Part shown: one piece after another, positions 1 through 8,522 of the stretch
Layout of the letters: every line of letters starts with the position of its first letter
How positions within the stretch are numbered: the stretch's first letter is position 1
Notes under the pieces: model-generated
Databases searched by the model: none
Told to the model about the DNA's origin: nothing
The model's input: the letters and a program-made list of their open reading frames with translations, nothing else
From: a virus
Lineage: Duplodnaviria; Caudoviricetes
Direction: 5' to 3' (one strand)
IMG/VR virus record: IMGVR_UViG_3300031952_000016
Span: 1 to 63,102 of that record
DNA length: 63,102 bases
Translations under genes and position numbers: made by a program

Positions 1-29
1 GTTTGAACAATTTAAAAACAAATAAGATT

Positions 30-221
30 ATGGAATTAGTAAAAAGATTTGGGATAGGTTGCGTAGGGTTTTTAATTATGTATTTGATGTGTTCATTTTA
101 TAATGTAACATTTGACATATCAAAATGGAGTGCAGAATCAAGGTTTATAGCAACTATGATTGGAGGGTTTTCCTTTGCAATGTTAGCTACTTTTCCAAAT
201 TATAATTTTAAAAAAGAATAA
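30..221 (+). CDS. small membrane protein (accessory cassette)
   Basis: ATG at 30 follows the junction motif AAACAAATAAGATT; two hydrophobic segments; ends FKKE*. Confidence 0.7.
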   Translation: MELVKRFGIGCVGFLIMYLMCSFYNVTFDISKWSAESRFIATMIGGFSFAMLATFPNYNFKKE

Positions 222-222
222 G

Positions 223-420
223 ATGAGATATATTATAATACCGTTAGCAATAATCCTTTATTTATACTGGAGTTATAAAGCAATTGATAATTTAATTGAT
301 TGCTATAAAAACCCATATTTGGATGGAACTGATGGAGAAGATTATACTTCTGCATGGCTTCTTACACATTTATCTATCTTATTTGGAATCATTGTGTATT
401 TTGTAATTAGATATTGGTAA
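223..420 (+). CDS. small two-TM membrane protein
   Basis: ORF track; hydrophobic N- and C-terminal stretches. Confidence 0.7.
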   Translation: MRYIIIPLAIILYLYWSYKAIDNLIDCYKNPYLDGTDGEDYTSAWLLTHLSILFGIIVYFVIRYW

Positions 421-450
421 AATTTATTAAACAATTTAAAAAGAAATAAG

Positions 451-537
451 ATGATAAGATTTATTATATGGTTAATGTTTCAACCTTTTAAGTTGGTATA
501 TGATTGTTTATTTATGAATCCATTTAAAAAGAAATAA
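451..537 (+). CDS. 28-aa hydrophobic peptide
   Basis: Manual translation MIRFIIWLMFQPFKLVYDCLFMNPFKKK*, bounded by junction motifs on both sides. Confidence 0.55.
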   Translation: MIRFIIWLMFQPFKLVYDCLFMNPFKKK

Positions 538-540
538 GTT

Positions 541-1305
541 ATGAAAAACATATACGTATTACCAACATCACAACCAAGTAGGTTAGTTAAGCAAAAATAT
601 GATACACTTGATAGACTATGTTTAGCTGATATAGCCACAAAAAGAACTGAATATAAAAGATTTAACATCTACATCAATTCTGATGAAGAAATTAAAAAAG
701 GAGATTGGGTTTATTCAGAAGCAAGAAAAACTTTGTTTAAAGTAAAATCAATTTGTAATACTTCTGCTGGTTATCTTCTTATTGAAGATGATGTTATTAT
801 GCCTTTAGAAATTAATGAAGTTGATTGTAAAAAAATAATCCTAACAACAGACCAAGACTTAATCAAAAATGGTGTACAATCTATTGATGATGAGTTTTTA
901 CAATGGTTTGTAAAGAATCCAAGTTGTGAGAATGTTGAGGTTGAGGAAGAAGACTACTCTCAAAAATGTAGAGAATGTGGAGAAACTGTAAAGAGAGGTT
1001 ATAGTTGTAAAAAAGGATGTTTTATGAGAGCAGGTAATTTTATACCTACAGATGAAAATATAAAATACAAAATAATTATTCCAAAAGAAAAACCTAAACA
1101 AGAAACACTTGAAGAAGTTGCTGAAATATATGCAAGTCATTCATTAAAAGAAGAAAGACAAAAAGATTTAAATATGGGTTTTAAAGAAGGTGCTAAATGG
1201 CAACAAGAGAGAAGTTATAGTGAGGAGGATATGAAACAAGCATTTAGAGGATTTGCATCAGGAAAAAGTTTTAAAGACTGGTTTGAACAATTTAAAAACA
1301 AATAA
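541..1305 (+). CDS. mosaic hypothetical protein (MKNIxVLPT...SDEEIK...KQETLEE...WFEQFKNK type)
   Basis: ORF track; shares DNA blocks with ORFs at 62365-63102. Confidence 0.8.
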   Translation: MKNIYVLPTSQPSRLVKQKYDTLDRLCLADIATKRTEYKRFNIYINSDEEIKKGDWVYSEARKTLFKVKSICNTSAGYLLIEDDVIMPLEINEVDCKKIILTTDQDLIKNGVQSIDDEFLQWFVKNPSCENVEVEEEDYSQKCRECGETVKRGYSCKKGCFMRAGNFIPTDENIKYKIIIPKEKPKQETLEEVAEIYASHSLKEERQKDLNMGFKEGAKWQQERSYSEEDMKQAFRGFASGKSFKDWFEQFKNK

Positions 1306-1306
1306 T

Positions 1307-1477
1307 ATGGAGAAAGGCACAACTTATACAGAAAATGAAATGGAAGAGATAGAGTTTCTTGAAGAAGAAATAAAAACTATTTTTTACAAAGATTATATAC
1401 CTGATAATTTAGCTAAAATAGGAACTAAGATGATTAACAAATGGAAACAATTAACCAATTGGAAAGAAGCAAATTAA
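1307..1477 (+). CDS. hypothetical protein
   Basis: ATG immediately after the FKNK* junction. Confidence 0.65.
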   Translation: MEKGTTYTENEMEEIEFLEEEIKTIFYKDYIPDNLAKIGTKMINKWKQLTNWKEAN

Positions 1478-1480
1478 ATT

Positions 1481-1738
1481 ATGAAGAAATTATTATTATT
1501 AGGAATGTTTGCTATAATGTCTTGTAGCAAACCCGAGAGTGAAGAAGTTAAGGCTGATTGTAATTGCGATAGAATAGTGGAGATAGTTAACTACAATATT
1601 GTAGGAAACGCACAAAGTCCTGCACTTAAATATTACAGTAATTACACAACAATAAATGATTGCACTCAAATACAAAGAAGCAAAACAAGTAGTACAACAA
1701 ATTCTAGTTTAATTCCCAAAAAGGGACAATGTAAATAA
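1481..1738 (+). CDS. Cys-containing lipoprotein
   Basis: MKK + hydrophobic core + IMS-C lipobox. Confidence 0.7.
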   Translation: MKKLLLLGMFAIMSCSKPESEEVKADCNCDRIVEIVNYNIVGNAQSPALKYYSNYTTINDCTQIQRSKTSSTTNSSLIPKKGQCK

Positions 1739-1741
1739 GTT

Positions 1742-2134
1742 ATGAAAATAGAAAGAATCGTATCGAGAGAGATACTTGAAAATGTATTAGTAACCGCACT
1801 TGAAGGCGGTAGTAACTATTGGTATTACTTGACTGACGATGCAGTCAAACTAATTAGAAAGGTTGTGCCTAACAATGAAGACCCTTATCTAAGCACGGCT
1901 ATATTAAAAGCAGTACTAGACCATCACATTGACATACCTATCAATGATGCAGAGAATGAGGATGATGTGTTAGGCTACTTGAGCCACAAGACTATGATGT
2001 CAAGGCTTCAAGAATTGTCAGAAGACAAAGGATGTATGTGGGCATTAGATAGAGAGCTTGAAGGACAAGGAGACGCAGACAGTAGTGATGTTGTCTTTCA
2101 GTGTTTGGTAATGGGAGAATGTGTATTCGGATAA
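1742..2134 (+). CDS. hypothetical acidic protein
   Basis: ORF track, tight packing with neighbours. Confidence 0.75.
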   Translation: MKIERIVSREILENVLVTALEGGSNYWYYLTDDAVKLIRKVVPNNEDPYLSTAILKAVLDHHIDIPINDAENEDDVLGYLSHKTMMSRLQELSEDKGCMWALDRELEGQGDADSSDVVFQCLVMGECVFG

Positions 2135-2148
2135 TTAATAGAAATAAT

Positions 2149-2451
2149 ATGAAAGATAAAATTGTACAATCGGTTTTGGAAAAGTACCAACAACGTTCAG
2201 AAGTTGGTCAAGAAAAGTATGGTGTTACCTTAGAGCGTAACGACCTCAACTTCCTGCAATGGTTAAACCATCTGCAAGAAGAATTAATGGATGCAACTCT
2301 GTATGCTGAAAAGCTAATGCTAGAGCTACAAGAAAGCTCTGCATTCCCGGATGGGCACGTTATTTCAAAAGAATCTTGGGATACTGCAGACAAGATAATC
2401 CACGATGGATTTACCTATGTAAGATTTACGGACTTAAAATTTTATAGATGA
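2149..2451 (+). CDS. MazG-like/all-alpha nucleotide pyrophosphohydrolase
   Basis: GQEKYGVTLERNDL...HLQEELMDATLY (EExxD motif). Confidence 0.6.
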   Translation: MKDKIVQSVLEKYQQRSEVGQEKYGVTLERNDLNFLQWLNHLQEELMDATLYAEKLMLELQESSAFPDGHVISKESWDTADKIIHDGFTYVRFTDLKFYR

Positions 2452-2579
2452 AATATAAGTTTTACGGATTCATAGCTTGGATGATTATAATAGTAGTCAT
2501 CTCTTTATCAATATTAATATTAATAAGATAATTGTTAATAACATTATTACTAAATTGCAAAACTTATGAAAATTATTTG

Positions 2580-2587
2580 TAGTTTTG
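2580..2587 (+). promoter_or_regulatory. Bacteroidota -7 promoter box
   Basis: TAGTTTTG matches TAnnTTTG, intergenic, upstream of the recombination/replication genes. Confidence 0.55.
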
Positions 2588-2609
2588 CTTTTTAATTAAA
2601 TCAAATGAA

Positions 2610-2912
2610 ATGAAAGAAGATGTGTTCAATCAGTACGTTGATAGGGTTGTGGACCTATTCAACATAGACAGAGAAGTTCTATTCTCAAAGTCTAAGCAAA
2701 GACATATAGTAGATGCACGACAGTTACTATATTACCTATGTTACAGTAGGAAAATGCAATTAGTTACTATCAAGAAGTTTATGAATGACAGAGGATGTTC
2801 TATCCTCCACAATTCAATCGTTAACGGTGTTAAGAACGTTGAGCTTAAGCTCGAGGAAGACAGAGACTACCAAACCGTTATCAGAGACATAGAGAAAGCA
2901 GTATTTATATAA
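2610..2912 (+). CDS. DnaA C-terminal-like helix-turn-helix protein
   Basis: SKSKQRHIVDARQLLYYL...HNSIVNG resembles DnaA domain IV. Confidence 0.6.
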   Translation: MKEDVFNQYVDRVVDLFNIDREVLFSKSKQRHIVDARQLLYYLCYSRKMQLVTIKKFMNDRGCSILHNSIVNGVKNVELKLEEDRDYQTVIRDIEKAVFI

Positions 2913-2931
2913 TTTAATTTAATCAAATCAA

Positions 2932-3582
2932 ATGGAAAAAACAACATTCGAGAAATTGTCAGCTATCAATATGAACGCTCATACTGAGAAGAAAAGCAAC
3001 CTGACTTACCTTAGTTGGGCGTGGGCGTGGGGAGAGACTAAAAAGACTTGTCCTGATGCCACTTACAAAATTGGAGAGACAGACTATGACGAAGCACTTG
3101 GCTTTATGTGTCATACTACTGTAACAATCGCAGGAGAAACTTTAGAGATGTGGCTACCGGTTATGGATGGAGCCAATAAGTCTATGAAGAAAGTAGCCTA
3201 TACGTATCAAACAAAATACGGAGAGAAGTCAGTAGAGGCTGCAACAACATTCGACATCAACAAGACTATTATGCGTTGCTTGGTTAAGAACCTTGCTATG
3301 TTTGGTATGGGTATCTATATCTACGCAGGAGAGGACTTGCCTGATACTCCGGTAGAGACTACTGCTGTAGCAAAGCCATCAGCAAGTAACCTTAAGAAAG
3401 AGATTGAACTATCTGACCTTAAGAAAGGTACAGATGATTGGGAGAAAGTAGTTAAGTACGTTACAGCCAACAAAGAGTTGGGTATTGAGAAGATTGGTCA
3501 ACAGTTAACTCGTAAGTACAAAATCAGTCCTGCACTTAAAAAAGAAATCGCTAAAATAGTAACAACCACAAACGTAGAATAA
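2932..3582 (+). CDS. single-strand annealing protein, Sak3/DUF1071-like
   Basis: EKKSNLTYLSWAWAW, WLPVMD, INKTIMRCLVKNLAMFGMGIYIYAGEDLP. Confidence 0.8.
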   Translation: MEKTTFEKLSAINMNAHTEKKSNLTYLSWAWAWGETKKTCPDATYKIGETDYDEALGFMCHTTVTIAGETLEMWLPVMDGANKSMKKVAYTYQTKYGEKSVEAATTFDINKTIMRCLVKNLAMFGMGIYIYAGEDLPDTPVETTAVAKPSASNLKKEIELSDLKKGTDDWEKVVKYVTANKELGIEKIGQQLTRKYKISPALKKEIAKIVTTTNVE

Positions 3583-3583
3583 T

Positions 3584-4315
3584 ATGCAAGTACTAGAATT
3601 ATTAAAAGACGACAGAGAATACTACTCAGGTATTGGTAAGAATTACCTTTCAAACTCAGACATCGGAACATTGCTAGAGAATCCAAAAGAGTTTGGTAAG
3701 CCTAGAGAAGACAACAAAGCATTTGCAGAAGGCAGATACTTTCATCAGTCAATACTTGAGCCTGAGAAGATTAAAGATGTACCATTCGTTGATGTGAGTA
3801 CTCGGACTACTAAAGAGTACAAAGCATTTTGCGAAGCAAACAACCTACCTTTCTGTTTGCTGAAGAAAGAGATTGACGAGATTAAAGGTCTAGTTAATAT
3901 TATCAATAGTAATATTGTATTCTTTGAGGAGATATACAAGACCGGTAATCAGTTTGAGGTTCCTGCTATTGGAGAGATACAAGGTATGATGTGGAAAGGT
4001 AAGGCAGACATCGTAACAGATGATTGCATCATTGACTTGAAGACCACTAGTGATATACAGAAGTTCAAATGGAACGCAAAGAAGTACAACTATGACTCTC
4101 AGTGCTACATATACCAACACTTATTCGGTAAGCCTCTAGTGTTCTATGTGATTGACAAGGTTACAGGAATCCTAGCGGTGTTCAAGCCTACGCAAGAGTT
4201 TGTAGACGGAGGAGCAGTTAAGGTATCAAGAGCAATCGATATGTACCAAAGATACTTCTCAGAGAATCCATCAGACGACATCGACAACTATTACATTGAC
4301 GAATTTTTATACTAA
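3584..4315 (+). CDS. PD-(D/E)XK exonuclease (RecE/ExoVIII-like)
   Basis: LSNSDI, GRYFH, KGKADIV...IIDLKTT, YDSQCYIY; adjacent to the annealase. Confidence 0.8.
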   Translation: MQVLELLKDDREYYSGIGKNYLSNSDIGTLLENPKEFGKPREDNKAFAEGRYFHQSILEPEKIKDVPFVDVSTRTTKEYKAFCEANNLPFCLLKKEIDEIKGLVNIINSNIVFFEEIYKTGNQFEVPAIGEIQGMMWKGKADIVTDDCIIDLKTTSDIQKFKWNAKKYNYDSQCYIYQHLFGKPLVFYVIDKVTGILAVFKPTQEFVDGGAVKVSRAIDMYQRYFSENPSDDIDNYYIDEFLY

Positions 4316-4320
4316 CAATA

Positions 4321-4360
4321 AACCAACTATCATCTCAGCCTTAGGGGGTGGTAGTTGGTT
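4321..4360 (+). promoter_or_regulatory. 16-bp RNA hairpin between exonuclease and SSB
   Basis: AACCAACTATCATCTC pairs with GGGGTGGTAGTTGGTT; the three non-Watson-Crick positions are all G-U. Confidence 0.65.
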
Positions 4361-4395
4361 CAAATAGACTAAGGCAAACTAAAACATTATTTACA

Positions 4396-4701
4396 ATGGC
4401 ACAAGAAGAAAAGATTTTCGCAGACGGTTTCTTATTCAAGAGAAACGAAAAAGCCCCTGACTTCGTAGTAGGGAGAATTAGTATCAAAGTTGATGAAGCA
4501 ATCGCTTTCATTAAACAACACCAAAAGAATGGATGGGTTAACCTTGGGGTTAAGACAGCTCGTAGTGGTAACTACTACATTGACCTTGATACTTTCGAGT
4601 CAAAGAGTCAAGAAGGCGCAGTTGATAAGTACGAGGCTAAAGCAAAAGCTGTCGCTCCTGTAGAAAAAGAAGACGATTATGATGATGATGTTCCTTTTTA
4701 G
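4396..4701 (+). CDS. single-stranded DNA-binding protein
   Basis: KRNEKAPDF motif, acidic tail ending DDDVPF, position after annealase and exonuclease. Confidence 0.65.
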   Translation: MAQEEKIFADGFLFKRNEKAPDFVVGRISIKVDEAIAFIKQHQKNGWVNLGVKTARSGNYYIDLDTFESKSQEGAVDKYEAKAKAVAPVEKEDDYDDDVPF

Positions 4702-4725
4702 TAACTAATTTATTATCAGGTAGAT

Positions 4726-4755
4726 AAAGAGGAATATAATCGTTCCTCTTTTTTT
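4726..4755 (+). terminator. intrinsic terminator
   Basis: AAAGAGGAA/TTCCTCTTT stem followed by a T-run. Confidence 0.75.
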
Positions 4756-4926
4756 ACCAACAGCTTGTACCGTAAATGACAATAAATTTCCATACTACTA
4801 CTATATAGAATATATATATATTATTTTTTTTTAATTTAATAAAAAGAGAAAATAATTAACATAAAAGACAGTAGTATTGATTATCAATAAGTTATAAAAT
4901 AAAAAACGACATAAAATCGACACGAG

Positions 4927-7353
4927 ATGACGCATATAATAACAATCTTCCAAAACATAAGGGATACAGACACTCCGTTCTTTAGAGATGTTCACGTTAT
5001 ACTTGAAAGAATAAAGGATGGAGCCGGTGCTACCAAAGACATCGTTAAAAGAATACGACAAGAAAAAAACAAAGCCGAACGAAACGAGATTAAAAAGCTA
5101 CTACCGGCTATTTGCTTTAGTGGTACTTTCAAAAAAAGATTAGACAGTGCACTCGAACAACATTCAGGACTTATATGTTTGGACTTTGATGGATATGCAA
5201 AGCAAAAAGAATTACTAAAAGACAAAGAGACTATATCTAAAAACAAATATGCTTTCGCTGTCTTTATTTCCCCTTCAGGAAATGGATTAAAAGTATTAGT
5301 TAAGATACCGGCTGACGAAGAGAATCACGTAAACTACTTCAATAGCCTAGAAAAGCATTTTAATAGCCCTTATTTCGACAAAACTAGTAAAAACCTTAGT
5401 CGAGTATGCTACGAGTCTTATGACCCTTTAATCAACGTTAATTTAAACTCCTCTGTTTGGGATGTGATTGATGAACCTGAATATACGGAAGTCAATAAGG
5501 TAAGAGACCAAGCTACTATACCAATTACAGATGAGAATAAGATTGTAGAGATATTAGTTAGGTGGTGGGAGAAGAAGTATCCGATGCAAGAAGGACAACG
5601 CAATCACAATGCTTACATACTTGCGATGGCTTTCAATGACTTCGGTGTAAATAAAAGTCTTGCGGCATACATCTTAAATCAGTTCTCTACTTCTGACTTT
5701 ACAATAGCAGAGATAGCTACCACGATTGACTCAGCTTATAAGCATACTGCTAACTTCGGTACTAAGTACTACGAAGACGAGGAGCGAATCAATCAGATAC
5801 GTGCTAAGTTAAGACGTGGTGTATCAAAAAAGGAGGTTCGCTACCAACTACAGGATTCCAATTTGGATAGCGAGACTATCGAATCGGTTCTAAATAAAAT
5901 CGAGGATGAAAATTATAAGATGACCTTTTGGACCAAGAACGATAAAGGAGCCATAAAGATTGAGCACATACTGTTCAAGCAATTCTTAGAGGATTCAGGA
6001 TTCTATAAGTTCTGTCCTGAGGGAAGTCGCAACTATGTATTCGTAAAGGTTACGAACAACCTTATAGACCATACATCAGAGAAAGAGATTAAAGACTTTG
6101 TGCTTACTCACTTACTAGAGTTAGATGACTATAGCGTTTACAATTACTTTGCCGACAACACGAGATTCTTTAGAGATGATTTCCTTTCAATGATTTCAAC
6201 TATTGAGATATACTTTATAGCAGATAGCAAAGATTCAGCTTACTTGTATTATAAGAACTGTGCTGTAAAGATTACGAAGGATAGCATACTTACTATTGAC
6301 TATTTGGATTTAGGAGGCTACGTTTGGAATGACCACGTTATCGATAGGAACTTCAACATCTGTGATGTTACCGGAGCCTGTGATTTCAAGCAATTCATAT
6401 CTAATATCAATGGAGGAGATGAGAATAGAATCAGAACTATGGAGAGTACACTAGGCTTCCTGCAACACGGATATAAAAATCTATCGTTCTGTCCTGCGGT
6501 AATCTTAAACGATGAAGTTATCAGCGACAATCCTGAGGGAGGAACTGGTAAGGGATTGGTTATGAACGCCCTTAGCAATATGAAGAAACTCGTAGTGATT
6601 GACGGTAAGTCTTTCAACTTTGAGAAGTCTTTCCCTTATCAATTAGTATCGGCAGACACGCAAATACTTTGCTTTGATGATGTCAAGAAACATTTTGACT
6701 TCGAGAGACTGTTCAGTGTGATTACAGAGGGTCTAACTCTTGAGAAGAAAAACAAAGATGCTATCAAGATTCCTTTCAATAAATCTCCTAAGGTTACAAT
6801 AACGACTAACTATGCTATAAAAGGCGCAGGGAACTCATTTGCGAGACGAAAATGGGAATTAGAACTACATCAGTATTACACGATGAATTTCACTCCTAGA
6901 GACGATTTTGGCAAGATGATGTTTGGAGATTGGAATGACGATGAGTGGTGTGAGTTTGATAATTATATGATTGGGTGTTTGAAATACTACCTATCAAGCG
7001 GATTGGTTAAGTCTAAGTTTGTGAACTTAAAGATTCGTCAGTTATCGGCAGAGACCTGCCACGAGTTTATCGAATGGTGTGGGCTCGTTGATATTAATGA
7101 TAAAAGCAATGTTCTTCCTGTAAACACTAGATTATACAAGAATGAATTATATAGTATATTTGTTGATGAATATCCGGACTACGGAGCTCGAGGTAAGATG
7201 ACAATTAGTAGAACTAAGTTTTACAAATGGTTAGTAGCTTACGCTATCTACAAAGAAGGCATTATGCCTGAGGAAGATAGAGACCACATTGGTAGATGGA
7301 TAATCATAAAAAAGAGAGCAGATAACGATACGCAAATACAACTCAACCAATGA
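4927..7353 (+). CDS. primase-helicase (VirE-N/BT4734-like primase + D5-type helicase)
   Basis: KKLLPAICFSGTF, HSGLICLDFD, FISPSGNGLK, GQRNH; Walker A GGTGKG; Walker B LCFDD. Confidence 0.85.
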   Translation: MTHIITIFQNIRDTDTPFFRDVHVILERIKDGAGATKDIVKRIRQEKNKAERNEIKKLLPAICFSGTFKKRLDSALEQHSGLICLDFDGYAKQKELLKDKETISKNKYAFAVFISPSGNGLKVLVKIPADEENHVNYFNSLEKHFNSPYFDKTSKNLSRVCYESYDPLINVNLNSSVWDVIDEPEYTEVNKVRDQATIPITDENKIVEILVRWWEKKYPMQEGQRNHNAYILAMAFNDFGVNKSLAAYILNQFSTSDFTIAEIATTIDSAYKHTANFGTKYYEDEERINQIRAKLRRGVSKKEVRYQLQDSNLDSETIESVLNKIEDENYKMTFWTKNDKGAIKIEHILFKQFLEDSGFYKFCPEGSRNYVFVKVTNNLIDHTSEKEIKDFVLTHLLELDDYSVYNYFADNTRFFRDDFLSMISTIEIYFIADSKDSAYLYYKNCAVKITKDSILTIDYLDLGGYVWNDHVIDRNFNICDVTGACDFKQFISNINGGDENRIRTMESTLGFLQHGYKNLSFCPAVILNDEVISDNPEGGTGKGLVMNALSNMKKLVVIDGKSFNFEKSFPYQLVSADTQILCFDDVKKHFDFERLFSVITEGLTLEKKNKDAIKIPFNKSPKVTITTNYAIKGAGNSFARRKWELELHQYYTMNFTPRDDFGKMMFGDWNDDEWCEFDNYMIGCLKYYLSSGLVKSKFVNLKIRQLSAETCHEFIEWCGLVDINDKSNVLPVNTRLYKNELYSIFVDEYPDYGARGKMTISRTKFYKWLVAYAIYKEGIMPEEDRDHIGRWIIIKKRADNDTQIQLNQ

Positions 7354-7535
7354 TACCAAAAGAAATAGCAAAAAAATTATTTTTAAAAATTTACAAAACA
7401 GGCATTTACCAATATCAAGCTAAAAAATGCGCACTAATAACAGTTGACGAAATGATTGAAGAATCAATAATACATCTATCAGTTTATAGAAATAAATATT
7501 GGAAAGAAATAAAAAAAGAAATAGAAAAGCTATGA
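7350..7535 (+). CDS. hypothetical protein (AKxCALIxV...EIEKL type)
   Basis: ORF track; paralogous to the next gene. Confidence 0.7.
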   Translation: MIPKEIAKKLFLKIYKTGIYQYQAKKCALITVDEMIEESIIHLSVYRNKYWKEIKKEIEKL

Positions 7536-7759
7536 CACCAAAAGAAAAAGCGTGGGAGTTATACCACAAGTATAGAACATTAGAAGGTAAATATGGCGAT
7601 AAAGTATTGTACAACTACGACGCTAAACAATGCGCCTTAATAACAGTTTATGAGATAATGGAAGAATTAGATTCAATAAGAGATGTTACAGGAAGTAGTT
7701 TTGTATTAGGAGTAATAGAGTATTACCAAGAAGTTAAACAAGAAATAGAGAAGCTATGA
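7532..7759 (+). CDS. hypothetical protein (MTPKEKA...AKQCALITV...EIEKL)
   Basis: ATGA-coupled start at 7532. Confidence 0.75.
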   Translation: MTPKEKAWELYHKYRTLEGKYGDKVLYNYDAKQCALITVYEIMEELDSIRDVTGSSFVLGVIEYYQEVKQEIEKL

Positions 7760-7869
7760 AACAAAAAAATATGAACGAACTAGAGTTTGTGATAAAAACC
7801 ACATTCAAAATGCTATTGATACTTTTTTATTTTGTATTGATAGGAATGATATTATTTTTAGCAAGATAG
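7756..7869 (+). CDS. 37-aa membrane peptide
   Basis: Manual translation; ATGA overlap with the previous stop. Confidence 0.5.
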   Translation: MKQKNMNELEFVIKTTFKMLLILFYFVLIGMILFLAR

Positions 7870-7871
7870 AT

Positions 7872-8042
7872 ATGGAAAATGTTTATACACAAGAAGAAGT
7901 ATTAAGAAACATTAATATTTTTCAAAAGAAAGAAGAAGAGCTTGTAAATAAAAGAAAAGAGCTCAACAAAGAATTGTTGCAGACAAGAAAGCAAAAAGAG
8001 TATTGGAAAGAGCTAGACCTTAGTCAATTAAAATTATTATGA
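7872..8042 (+). CDS. 56-aa coiled-coil protein ending QLKLL
   Basis: Manual translation MENVYTQEEV...DLSQLKLL*. Confidence 0.6.
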   Translation: MENVYTQEEVLRNINIFQKKEEELVNKRKELNKELLQTRKQKEYWKELDLSQLKLL

Positions 8043-8117
8043 AAGAAGATTTAGTACCGTGTTATAAATGGTGTTACGGGAAGTATATATTGATTGGATA
8101 TATTAAAAAAGATTAAT

Positions 8118-8522
8118 ATGACACTCGACATATTGGAAAGAAACTCAGGCTTTAGCAATAAAGAAATGTGGAAGCAATGTGAGTTATTAAAGAATGTTGT
8201 GTGCGCTACTGTTGATGTAAAAGTGGGCAGGGGTAAAAGTGTGAGAATAATAAAAGAGTACAAACATCAAACTCCTACCGAGATTAGAGAGCGCATAGTA
8301 AATAGTTGTGAACATTATAAAAAATTATATGAAATGAAAAAGAAAGAAATAGGGAGCCTTGAGATAACAAGGTACAAATTTGAATACGTTAACGGAGAAC
8401 CAAAAATAATAATTGAAATGGTAAAGGTGTTAGATACAGATGGCAACTATATGAAGTTTGCAAAACTCGAGGGCGTTGTTGGATTTCTCTCTAAGTATCC
8501 TGTAAAGTTTAAAGAAATATGA
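8118..8522 (+). CDS. hypothetical protein
   Basis: ORF track; ATG at 8118 preferred. Confidence 0.65.
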   Translation: MTLDILERNSGFSNKEMWKQCELLKNVVCATVDVKVGRGKSVRIIKEYKHQTPTEIRERIVNSCEHYKKLYEMKKKEIGSLEITRYKFEYVNGEPKIIIEMVKVLDTDGNYMKFAKLEGVVGFLSKYPVKFKEI

